From Ruditapes philippinarum (lineage: Eukaryota): a stretch of 64,000 nt of DNA. The notes beneath the pieces are model-generated. The model saw only the letters and a list, made by a program, of their open reading frames with translations, was not told where the DNA came from and searched no databases. The position numbers and the translations under genes were made by a program. Where the stretch lies: assembly GCF_026571515.1 (NCBI RefSeq), contig NW_026862101.1, positions 434,001 through 498,000 of the forward strand. The letters run 5' to 3'. Shown one piece after another: positions 52,843 to 64,000 of this stretch; positions within the stretch are counted from its first letter, which is position 1, and every line of letters starts with the position of its first letter.

Positions 52843-53517
52843 CTGGCCCCGTGTTAACAAAGATCTAAGGATCAGGATCAAGATCAGGATCAAATTTAAA
52901 AACTCAAATATTCTCCATTGTTTCTCAAATATTAAGCAATAACTTGATCAACTTGGACTTGATATAGCATGTTTGAGAACCTTAAGAATAAATGTATTGT
53001 TATTTTGTTTCAAGATAATGGCATTTTACAGTTGATCCAAATATTGATTTTAATTCTAAAGTTGATCAATATTTTGATTAGATTATTTTTGTATTTGTTT
53101 TGTTATTCGTCGATTTATCCAAATACATATGAGCCGCGTCACAACAAAACCAGCATAATGGGTTTGCGACCAGCATGGATCCAGACCAGCCTGCGCATCC
53201 GCAGAGTCTGATCAGGATCCATGCTTTTCGCTATCAGTTTCTCTACTTGTTATAGGGTCTGTAAGCGAACAGCATGGATCCTGATCAGACTGCGCGGATG
53301 CGCAGGCTGGTCTGGATCCATGCTGGTCGCAAACACACTATGTTGGTTTTGTCGTGACGCGGCTCATATTTGTTTCTTTGCAAATACGCATTTGTTTTAC
53401 ATTTTGAATATGTACTATTCAATTCTAGAAAAAATGATCAATTTTAGTTTGATAAAGCAATGAAAATAAAGCCAGGATCATTTCATCCTGATCTTTTCTT
53501 TGTAAACATGGGGCCAG
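52843..53517. mobile_element. Non-autonomous TIR element (PIF/Harbinger-like ends) hosting a nested MITE
   Basis: TIRs CTGGCCCCGTGTTAACAA and TTGTAAACATGGGGCCAG; GATCAG-rich subterminal repeats. Confidence 0.6.
53131..53365 (+). mobile_element. 235-bp Sola-like MITE, copy 3
   Basis: Same TIRs and length as copies 1 and 2; ATAT on both flanks. Confidence 0.9.
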
Positions 53518-54877
53518 TTGCATCTTTTTAAAAATTACTCCAGATTAGAATTTAACTCCGATTAGCCTTTTTTTCTTCATATAATAGGTTAACTAAAATA
53601 TTAAAATCGATATGATTTAGTCATTTAATCATGTCGTTTACCATTCCAATGATATGTGTATTGCTCGTCTAAACCGTCCTATTGTAAATTGCTTTATTTG
53701 TATTCTTACCAACATATCTCGAAATATTTTGTGAAACAAATACTTGAAGAATCAAATGTGTTCATCGCCCGTCTGAATTATAACAGCTTTTATGGTGCAC
53801 AACCATTTAGCCTTGTTAAGTATTGCCACTGAATTGTCTTTAAAAAATGATACATAAACAGATGGAAAGCTTCACATCTGACGATTATTTAAATATTATA
53901 CATATATTTAACATTATGAAATATCTAATAGTTTGATTGTTTATTGAAATCAGTCAGGAAAAGAATTATACAGGGGAGGTTATAGAAATAAATGATAACG
54001 AGTAAAATAATTCCTGTAACTCTAAAAATACCAAAGAAGATATCGAATAAAAAAGGTATTTTTCAAATTTAGGCCATGTTTTAAAACAAAACAAAATATT
54101 ACACGTTTTTTGCCTTACATGCTAAGCAGACACCAATGTTAAATGCTTACTTCTCGTCACTAAAATTGATTCTTGATACAAATACATCAATGGTGAAATT
54201 ATCAATTAATGCATGTACTTATACATTGTTTATACTGAACATTTTAATATTTATAATATGTACTAACTAGTATAACTTTATTTTCTTATTTTATGTCACA
54301 ATGAATTGAAATGATGGATCAATATCAGTTACATTAAACTATGCTTTCTTTTATTTTGATAGATCCAGTGTAACAGAAAGAAAAATAAAACGAACTTACT
54401 GAAATCTTTTGAGATGACAGCGTCCAAATAACTAAGCGATGTTCAGCGGAAACAATCTACTAGTATTCCTTACGTACCATTAAAATACGAAAATGAGTAA
54501 TCTAGTAATGCACAATAGAAGTTAGAGAAAAAATCTAAGCCAACATAGCCTATTTTGATAAATAATCTTATCACAGAAATACGTATCTATTCATACAAAT
54601 TGATCACTTGCACAAAGCGGAAAACTGAAATGCACGTTTTCGTTATCAACACCAGTCTTGACCTCGTTTTTATCTCAACACGCTGCACTATGCATTTGTT
54701 GTGTCACATTCTTACGTCACCGTAATCTATAATGCAAGTTAGAATGTATGACCATTTTAATGCATTTACACCGCTTTGAAGAGTATTAAAATAGGTTACA
54801 AATACTGTCAACTCCATTTAAGGTTGTGGGCTCAAACCCTAACAGGGTGGATTTTTTTTCTTGTTTTCTTTCTTCCT

Positions 54878-55844
54878 TTTTAGCTCACCTGAGCATATGC
54901 TCAGGGTGAGCTATTAGGATCACTCTTCGTCCATCGTCTGTCGTCCGATGTACGTCGTCCGTTGTCCGTTCACACTTTTACAACGACATCTCCTCTGAAA
55001 CCATAAGGCAGATCATAATGAAACTTCACAGGGATGTTCCTTGTGTGAAGCCTTAACAAAGTTGTTCAAAGAATTCCATTCCATGCAGAACTCTGGTTGC
55101 CATGGCAACCGAATGAAAAAAACTTTATATATCTTCTTTTAAAAAGCCCTAAGAGCTAGAGCTTAGATATTTGGCATGAAACATCTTCTAGTGAGTGTCT
55201 ACCAAGTTTGTTAAAAAAAAGCCCTGGGTCAAAATTGGCCCCGCCCCAGGGGGTCATTGATTTTCCCTATATACATATAGTAAAAACTTAAAAAATATTC
55301 TTTTAAAGAACCCAAAGAGCTAGAGCTTAGATATTTAGCATGAGACATCTTCTAATGAGTGTCTACCAAGTTTGTTCAAATAAAAGCCACGGGGTCAAAA
55401 TTGGCCCAGCCCCAGGGGTCATTGATTTTCCTTATATGTGTATAGCAAAAACTTAAAAATGTTCTTTGAAAAAACCCAAATAGCTAGAGTTTAGATATTA
55501 AGCATGAAACATCTTCTAGTTAGTGTCTACAAAGTTTGTTCAAATAAAAGCACTGGGGTCAAAACTGGCCCCGCTCGAGGGTTGTAATTGTTTTTAACTA
55601 TCTACCAAGTTTGTTCAAATAAAAGCCCTTGGGATAAAATAGGTCCTGCCGGGGGGGGGGGGGCGCAGAGGGAAGATCATTGTTTTTCATTATATGTGTG
55701 TAGTAAAAACTTCACAGCATGAAACATCTTCTAATGGGTGTCTTCCAAGTTTGTTCAAATAAAAGCCCTGGGGTTTTAACTGGCCCCAATCCGGGGGCCT
55801 ATATACAGGTGAGCGACCTCATGGCCATCATGACCCTCCTGTTT
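54878..55844 (+). mobile_element. Helentron-associated non-autonomous element (HINE)
   Basis: 5' TTTTTAGCTCACCTGAGCATATGCTCAGGGTGAGCTA hairpin/subTIR, (CGTC)n microsatellite, ~164-bp tandem core repeats, and 3' AGGTGAGCG + small hairpin + CTGTTT. Confidence 0.85.
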
Positions 55845-57468
55845 AACATTGTTTATGTATCATTCAGATCCTCTTTTCAAAGAAAAAATGATTGGTATCC
55901 ATTGGCTAACTAATGCAATGTTTTTACAAATTTGGTACCTGAAGTCTCATTAAATTAAACTGCACTGTTAAACTATTTAAAATTTAACAAGATCAATCTA
56001 TTCATATACTTCTGAAAAAAAATGGACAAACTTTGAAAATTGAGTAAATTTACGGGGGACACTTTAGCAAGAAATTGGTAAAATAAGTGTTTCAGATGGG
56101 TGGGTAGGGTAACAGTTTTAACTATATTTCAAACAGTTTGATTAGAAATAACCATTACTTCAGCCGTTCGTAAGTTGAATGGTATTAATTGTTAAGGAAC
56201 AAGTTTTTCATAAGGTTGATATGAAAGATTATTAAGAGTCTCCATACGACATCGTATTTCTTAAAACAGCTCTTGTAATATCCAAGTTTTATTAAGACAA
56301 GTCTCCCTCAGATTTATTTGTTTCTAATAGTACCTATTGGTATGAAAGTACCTTACGGATACATACATCAAGATAAATACTTAGGTCCAAGAGCTTAAAA
56401 CATAAAAATTAAAAAAAACAACCTGATATTGATTAACTTGAGCAATTTAAACGGGAAAATATGTAGAATAATTATAAACATACATGTATATACCCAGAAT
56501 TTAATTGAAAAAGCGTGTAATAGCTTGTTATTGTTAAGTCATTTTCACTTTACAAATGATTATTCTGGTAAAAACGAGTGAATGAATAGTCTACAATTTT
56601 GCACACAAGTTATTGGTACATTGTAAAAAAAAAACTCGAAAAAAAAACATCCATGTCCTGTTATGTTATGAAACCTCAGTGAAGTCTCTAAAATATATGT
56701 GTACGTATTCTTGGTTTCCACAAGAAATATCCGAGATGTTCAAGTAGCGAGGTATAAAAAAACTAGTGATTTCATGGCAGTGTTACATGCACTACTAGAC
56801 CACAATGCACCCTTTAAGCCTGTCTTTTACTTTATATTGCTATTAAAATATACCCTGTCAAGCAGGAAGGACTTTTTTATTGAAGAATATTGCATTCAAT
56901 GGTCATTTAGCACTGAAATTATGGAATTTCGTTTGATAAGATTTAAAAAATGTTCCAATTTTCACAACGTGTAAAAATAGATCTTTGTTATGTGTGTTTG
57001 CTATGAAAGCATGCTAAAACTATGTTTTCTGTACTATAAACAGAAGTTTTTTTCGGGTATGCTTAGTTAAATTATATCAATTTGTATAAAATCTCGATTT
57101 TGTTTTTTATTAATTGGTTTGTTAACCTACTTGACCGGGTTGTTCAAAACATTGGTTAAAATTAACCAATGGATAGCTTATCCACTGGCTAAATCCTTAA
57201 CCAGCGGCCAGCTATCCAGTGGATAAAATTTCATTGTTCGACAGGTGGTTAGTACACTGGCTACCTAACCAGTGGATATTTTATTTATTTATTTCTGTTA
57301 TTTTTTACAAAAAGTTGCTTGTTAGCCAATCATGGAAAGGCATTTCAAAGCTATTTATAGATTATATAATAATACTCTATATTACCTGTTTAGGTGTTAA
57401 AATTCAATTGCATAGTCACTTATGTGTTAATGTATATAGGGACTTCCAAAATATGTATAAATCAGAGC

Positions 57469-57541
57469 GGGCGCTGTGGTGCAGTGGTAACACTGTCTGT
57501 GTACAAGTCTAGCGGTTGCGAGTTCGATACCCCGCTTCTCC
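57469..57541 (+). mobile_element. tRNA-like SINE head with Pol III A and B boxes
   Basis: A-box TGGTGCAGTGG and B-box GAGTTCGATAC; the cloverleaf is incomplete. Confidence 0.55.
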
Positions 57542-57659
57542 ATAAAAATACTAACAATCTTTCGTATGATAAAATTAGAAAAATGACTCTTGTAATGGCA
57601 ATTTCAACATTGAAGGTTAACAAAAACTAGTTATTTCTTCTGGAGTTATTAAGGACACA

Positions 57660-58850
57660 ACTTACACAGTACACACACACTGACATGACACGCTCACACA
57701 CTGACATGACAAACACAGGACACAACACTCACACACTGACATGACACGCTCACACAATGACATGACAAACACAGGACACAACACTCACACACTGACATGA
57801 CACGCTAACACACTGACATGACAAACACAGGACACAACACTCACACACTGACATGACACGCTCACACAATGACATGACACTAATAGCACACACACACTGA
57901 CATGACGCACACAAGACAAACTCACACGCTGACATGACACGCTCACACAATGACATGACACTTATAGCACACACACACTGACATGACGGACACAAGACAA
58001 ACTCACACGCTGACATGACACGCTCACACAATGACATGACACTTATAGCACACACACACACTGACATGACGGACACAAGACAAACTCACACGCTGACATG
58101 ACACGCTCACACAATGACATGACACTAATAGCACACACACACTGACATGACGCACACAAGACAAACTCACACGCTGACATGACACGCTCACACAATGACA
58201 TGACACTAATAGCACACACACACTGACATGACGCACACAAGACAAACTCACACGCTGACATGACACATACATGACACTTATCACACACTAACATGACGCT
58301 TACTCACACACTGACCTGACACATCAAGAACAAACTCACATACTGACATGACACACACATGACACTTCTCCACACTGACATGACACACACAGGACACAAT
58401 TCACACACCAACATGAAGCACACAGTACACATTCAAACACTGACTTAACATAAACACAGGGCACAACTAACATACTGACATGACAAACAAATGACACACT
58501 CACACGCTGACATGACACACACACATGACACTACTCACACACTGACATGACACACACAGGCACACTGACATGACACGCTCACACACTGGCATTACACACA
58601 CAGGACACAACACTCACACACTGACATGACACGCTCACACAATGACATGACACTAACAGGACACACACACTGACATGACGCACACAAGACAAACTCACAC
58701 GCTGACATGACACATACATGACACTTTTATCACACTTACATGAACCACACTTACACACTGACATGACACACTCACACACTGACATGACACATCAAGAACA
58801 AACTCACATACTGACATGACACACACATGACACTTCTAAACACAGACATG
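57660..58850. repeat. CA-rich minisatellite based on CTGACATGACAC, with ~81-bp higher-order units
   Basis: Units begin at 57848, 57929 and 58010; source of the Cys/Val-rich spurious ORFs. Confidence 0.95.
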
Positions 58851-59019
58851 TGTACCAAATCATATTCTACTTCAGTCTATAGGACACCTTGTCCTTTATG
58901 TCCGTTTGCTGGTTAATACAGAAAAATACTCATACCTATTCCCTTTATAACAGTGTGAAGGCAAATGTCAATAGATCAATATAAAAACTTTCATTTTTCT
59001 TCGTAGCCTATAGGTAGAT

Positions 59020-61730
59020 ATCTGAAATATCCTTGTCCTTTATCACGGTCTATAAGTAAATGTCTAATATCTCCTCGTTCTTTATCAGGTCATTAAGTAA
59101 ATATCTGAAATCTCCTCGTCCTTAATAACGGTCTATAAGTAAATATCTGAAATCTCCTCGTCCTTTATCACGGTGTATAAGTAAATATCTGAAATCTCCT
59201 CGTTCTTTGACAGGTCTGTAAGTAAATATCTGAAATCTCCTCGTCCTTAATCAGGTCTATATGTAAATATCTAATATCTCCTCGTCCTTTATCAGGTCTA
59301 TAAGTAAATATCTGAAATCTCCTCGTCCTTCATCACGGTCTATAAGTAAATGTCTGAAATCTCATCGTCCTTCATCACGGTCTATAAGTAAATATCTGAA
59401 ATCTCCTCGTCCTTCATCACGGTCTATAAGTAAATGTCTGATATCTCCTCGTCCTTTATCTCGTTCTATAAGTAAATATCTGATATCTCCTCGTCCTTTA
59501 TCACGGTCTATAAGTAAATGTCTGAAATCTCCTCGTCATTTATCAGGTCTATAAGTAAATATCTGATATCTCCTCGTCCTTCATCACGGTCTACAAGTAA
59601 ATATCTGATATCTCCTCGTCCTTTATCAGGTCTATAAGTAAATATCTGATATCTCCTCGTCCTTTATCTCGGTCTATAAGTAAATATCTGATATCTCCTC
59701 GTCCTTCATCACGGTCTATAAGTAAATATCTGAAATCTCATCGTCCTTCATCACGGTCTATAAGTAAATATCTGAAATCTCCTCGTCTTTCATCACGGTC
59801 TATAAGTAAATATCTGATAACTCCTCGTCCTTCATAACGGTCTATAAGTAAATATCTGATATCTCCTCGTCCTTTTTAACGGTGTATAAGTAAATGTCTG
59901 AAATCAATCTCCTCGTCCTTTATCAGGTCTATAAGTAAATATCTGAAATCTCTTCGTCCTTCATCACCGTCTATAAGTAAATGACTGATATCTGCTCGTC
60001 CTTTATCACGGTGTATAAGTAAATATCTGAAATCTGCTCGTCCTTTATCACGGTGTATAAGTAAATATCTGATATCTCCTCGTCCTTTATCACGGTCTAT
60101 AAGTAAATATCTGATATCTCCTCGTCCTTTATCACGGTCTATAAGTAAATATCTGAAATCTCCTCGTCCTTTATCTCGATCTATAAGTAAATATCTGATA
60201 TCTCCTCGTCCTTTATCACGGTCTATAAGTAAATGTCTGAAATCTCATCGTCCTTCATCACGGTCTATAAGTAAATATCTGAAATCTCCTAGTCCTTTAT
60301 CTCGGTCTATAAGTAAATATCCGAAATCTCCTTGTCCTTTATCACGGTCTATAAGTAAATGTCTGAAATCTCCTTGTCCTTTATAAGGTCTATAAGTAAA
60401 TATCTGAAATCTCCTTGTCCTTTATCACGGTCTAAAAGTAAATATCTGAAATCTCCTCGTCCTTTATCACGGTCTATAGTAAATATCTGGAAATCTCCTC
60501 GTCCTTTATCACGGTCTATAAGTAAATATCTGGAAATCTACTCGTCCTTTATCACGGTCTATAGTAAATATCTGAAATCTCCTCGTCCTTTATCACGGTC
60601 TATAAGTAAATATCTGAAATCTCCTCGTCCTTTATCACGGTCTATAAGTAAATATCTGGAAATCTCCTCGTCCTTTATCACGGTCTATAAGTAAATATCT
60701 GATATCTCCTCGTCCTTTATCTCGGTCTATAAGTAAATGTCTGAAATCTCACTCGTCCTTCATCACGGTCTATAAGTAAATATCTGAAATCTCCTCGTCC
60801 TTTATCACGGTCTATAAGTAAGTATCTGAAATCTCCTCGTCCTTTATCACGGTCTATAAGGTAAATATCTGAAATCTCCTCGTCCTTTATCACGGTCTAT
60901 AAGTAAATATCTGGATATCTCCTCGTCCTTTATCACGGTCTATAAGTAAATGTCTGAAATCTCATCGTCCTTCATCACGGTCTATAAGTAAATATCTGAA
61001 ATCTCCTCGTCCTTTATCACGGTCTATCAGTAAATGTCTGATATCTCCTCGTCCTTTACCTCGGTCATTAAGTAAATATCTGATATCTCCTCGTCCTTTA
61101 TCTCGGTCTATAAGTAAATGTCTGAAATCTCATCGTCCTTCATCACGGTCTATAAGTAAATATCTGAAATCTCATCGTCCTTCATCACGGTCTATAAGTA
61201 AATATCTGAAATCTCCTCGTCCTTTATCACGGTCTATAAGTAAATATCTGATATCTCCTCGTCCTTTATCACGGTCTATAAGTAAATGTCTGAAATCTCC
61301 TCGTCCTTTATCACGGTCTATAAGTAAATGTCTGAAATCTCCTCGTCCTTTATCTCGGTCTATAAGTAAATATCTGATATCTCCTCGTCCTTTATCACGG
61401 TCTATAAGTAAATGTCTGAAATCTCATCGTCCTTCATCACGGTCTATAAGTAAATATCTGAAATCTCCTCGTCCTTTATCACGGTCTATAAGTAAATGTC
61501 TGAAATCTCATCGTCCTTCATCACGGTCTATAAGTAAATATCTGATATCTCCTCGTCCTTTATCACGGTCTATAAGTAAATATCTGATATCTCCTCGTCC
61601 TTTATCTCGGTCTATAAGTAAATATCTGAAATCTCCTCGTCCTTTATCTCGTTCTATAAGTAAATATCTGATATCTCCTCGTCCTTTATCACGGTCTATA
61701 AGTAAATGTCTGAAATCTCCTCGTCCTTTA
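59020..61730. repeat. 42-bp tandem satellite (AAATATCTGAAATCTCCTCGTCCTTTATCACGGTCTATAAGT)n with degenerate edges to ~58865 and ~62225
   Basis: Direct reading; ORF 60359-60694 is its 14-aa translation. Confidence 0.97.
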
Positions 61731-63860
61731 TATTAGTCTTAGGTAAATTTTATATCTGAAAATATCCTTGTCCTTTGTCTAAGTATGTGAGGCAATAAAA
61801 AGAAATACTCTTTGATCATTATCACAGTCTTTAGGATATATCAGTAGTTTAATATATATAAAAATCTATTTTATTGTTTTCAGTCCATTCTGGAATTTTG
61901 CTTGTACTTCATCACAATCTGTAAGTCAATATCTGGAAATCTACTTGCTCTATATAACAGTCTATAGGTAAATAAATGTCTGGAAATTTCCTTGTCATTT
62001 ATCTTAGGCCATAGGTAAACATATTGAAATTTTCTTGTCCATTATCTAGGGCTACGTAAATATATGGACATTTTCTTGTCCATTATCTCAGACTAAGGTA
62101 AATTTATGGAAATTTCCTTGTCATTTATATCAGGCTATAGGTAAATATATGGAAATTTTCTTGTTTTTTTATCACAGGCCACATCAGGTAAATACATTGT
62201 AACTGGAAATCTCCTTGTCCATTAGTGGTATGGAATGCTATCTTTAAAATAAATGATGTCAATATTACTAAATTAAAATAACCTGTGAGAAGTTTTAATC
62301 GATATAAGATCAACTAACCATAGCAAAAAAATATTATACTGTTTAGAAGGTCACCGAAGTGTTCGGACGCACATTGAAAAAAAATCCTATCTGATTAAAA
62401 TAGTCTTTGATTTAAACGTTAATATTAATATGGTTAAGCAGAGGACAAATTAAGCAGAGGACAAATTAAGCTTGGAAAACTATCTGTATTTCAAAAAATA
62501 TGCGTTTACAATTAAGTATTTTCATCGTTGTATTTTCTATTGCGGGTGGATTTTCATCTCGGGTAAAAGGAACTAGTAACAGTATATTGGTGTCTTATGA
62601 TGGACCGCCAGCTGATTTAGAAGATAAACTAGGTCTCAAATTAAGGAGGAAGGTATTATTTTAACATTTTGAACATAGCCGACTTAAAATTAACATATAA
62701 TGGTATTTAAAAGTCACATTTCAATTATTTAATCAAAAGGGGTACACGAATTGGCGCACGCTGATGATTAAACAAAATGACGTTCGTGACGTCACAATAT
62801 GAATGAAAACTTTCACCAGCGTAATTGTTTCTGAAGGGTAGTCTTTTGAGTGTCTCTGTATTATATAACCACAACCATTATTCTGTTTGTAATGATGATG
62901 CAAGAAAGAAAGTGATCATCTTTTCGCTCCATTCTCCGTATAAGGGTCCGAGAGCCGGTGTAACGTTGTAAAGTGACCCCAATAGAATAATGTCATCTGT
63001 CATTATTTTATATAAAATACTGACCCTCTTCTATAAGATACTGACCCCCTTATATATAAAATAATTACACCTTATTTTTATCTGTAAAATATTGGCCCCA
63101 CCTTACATACTCTATAAAGACATTGTAATATTATGCGTATACTTGTTGTTGTGCCTGTTGCTGCTTTCGGTACTGCTGCTGATACCCTCGCGACAGCAGC
63201 TGACAAAACAACGGTAAGATAGGTCCGCTAAGAACAAGCGAACATCTTATAAAAAGGACATCTTATAAAAATGAAATTCTAAGTATTGTCTAATGGAAAT
63301 TCTACTATCCGAAAAAGTGTTCATTTTTAGTGGAAACACTGAGTTTCGGTAAAGTGCAAGTTCAAAGCCCAAAAGAGGCAATTAATCTTTTGTTTTCTTT
63401 TTTCTTCACATTTTGCCTTCATCTATACAGTTCAGCTATAAAGGCAATCATCTTTTTATATGTAATTAGGTATTTTGACTGAGAGAAAAATCAAATCTTT
63501 ATCAATTCAATTTTATTGTACTGAAAGTAACAAATTCCGCGCAAGTAAAGCATACATTTATAATCTGAATTTTCTAAAAGCTGCACCCTTACACAATTAT
63601 GACAGGGTCTTTCAAATAGATTCCATTTGAAAGACCCTGGTTATGCTTAGTGTGTAAAAGCGTTCGTTGGACCCGAAAAAGTCGTTTAATGTTGTTCTTA
63701 GTTACTTTTCAATTTACATGTAATTTATGAATGTTACATTTCATTAAGACAGTGCTTCCTGAGAACATGAAGTTTTACACTAATTTATATTCAGCATAAT
63801 TGAAGTCAGCTTAATAGGGTGATAAATGGCTGATCATGAGCAAAGAAAGCCATATGCATG

Positions 63861-63981
63861 GCCCACGATAATGTTGTTAGAACTTTTGGCCCAACCCTTT
63901 TGTATGTTCACTTGATTATGTCTGTAAAATTATGAAATTGTATATTGTGTATATATTTATACAATAAAATATTATTAAACT
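63861..63981 (+). mobile_element. 121-bp 5'-truncated retro-insertion with a 15-bp target-site duplication
   Basis: AAAGCCATATGCATG at 63846-63860 and 63982-63996; the insert ends ACAATAAAATATTATTAAACT. Confidence 0.7.
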
Positions 63982-64000
63982 AAAGCCATATGCATGTATA

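Noticed and set aside
52969-53463. Two 80-aa ORFs
   Set aside because: They lie entirely within nested MITEs.
57469-57541. Possible tRNA gene
   Set aside because: A and B boxes are present but the acceptor and anticodon stems do not pair properly; it is better explained as a SINE head.
57750-60694. Metallothionein- or keratin-like Cys-rich ORFs and the SKYLKSPRPLSRSI repeat ORF
   Set aside because: Translations of the CA-rich minisatellite and the 42-bp satellite, with frequent indels breaking the frame.

Overview
AT-rich eukaryotic genomic DNA with spliceosomal introns. The repeat types (Helentron-derived HINEs, tRNA-SINEs, MITEs, satellites) suggest a marine invertebrate, probably a bivalve mollusc; this is inference. 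The main content is a ~30 kb cluster (4970-35282) of six intact, divergent paralogous genes, A-F, plus a decayed seventh copy. They encode small, mostly Lys/Arg-rich proteins (158-290 aa) that share an ungapped ~35-aa motif, E[YF]x7[ILM]P[RSK]A[PK]A[FL]xx[LI][SP]xxxV[DEN]x[ILVM]VxR[LV], which I cannot assign to a named family. Genes C, E and F are spliced and appear only as fragments in the ORF track; I reconstructed them by hand. The three genes with intronless CDSs share TGTGACA just upstream of the ATG. A three-coding-exon Star-like/FkbM-family methyltransferase gene lies at 46715-50998 (-) and appears to need a GC-AG intron. The rest is satellites (85-bp at the left end; CA-rich and 42-bp at the right end), MITEs, HINEs, SINE and LINE fragments, and a large degenerate inverted repeat. 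No rRNA, true tRNA or CRISPR is supported.
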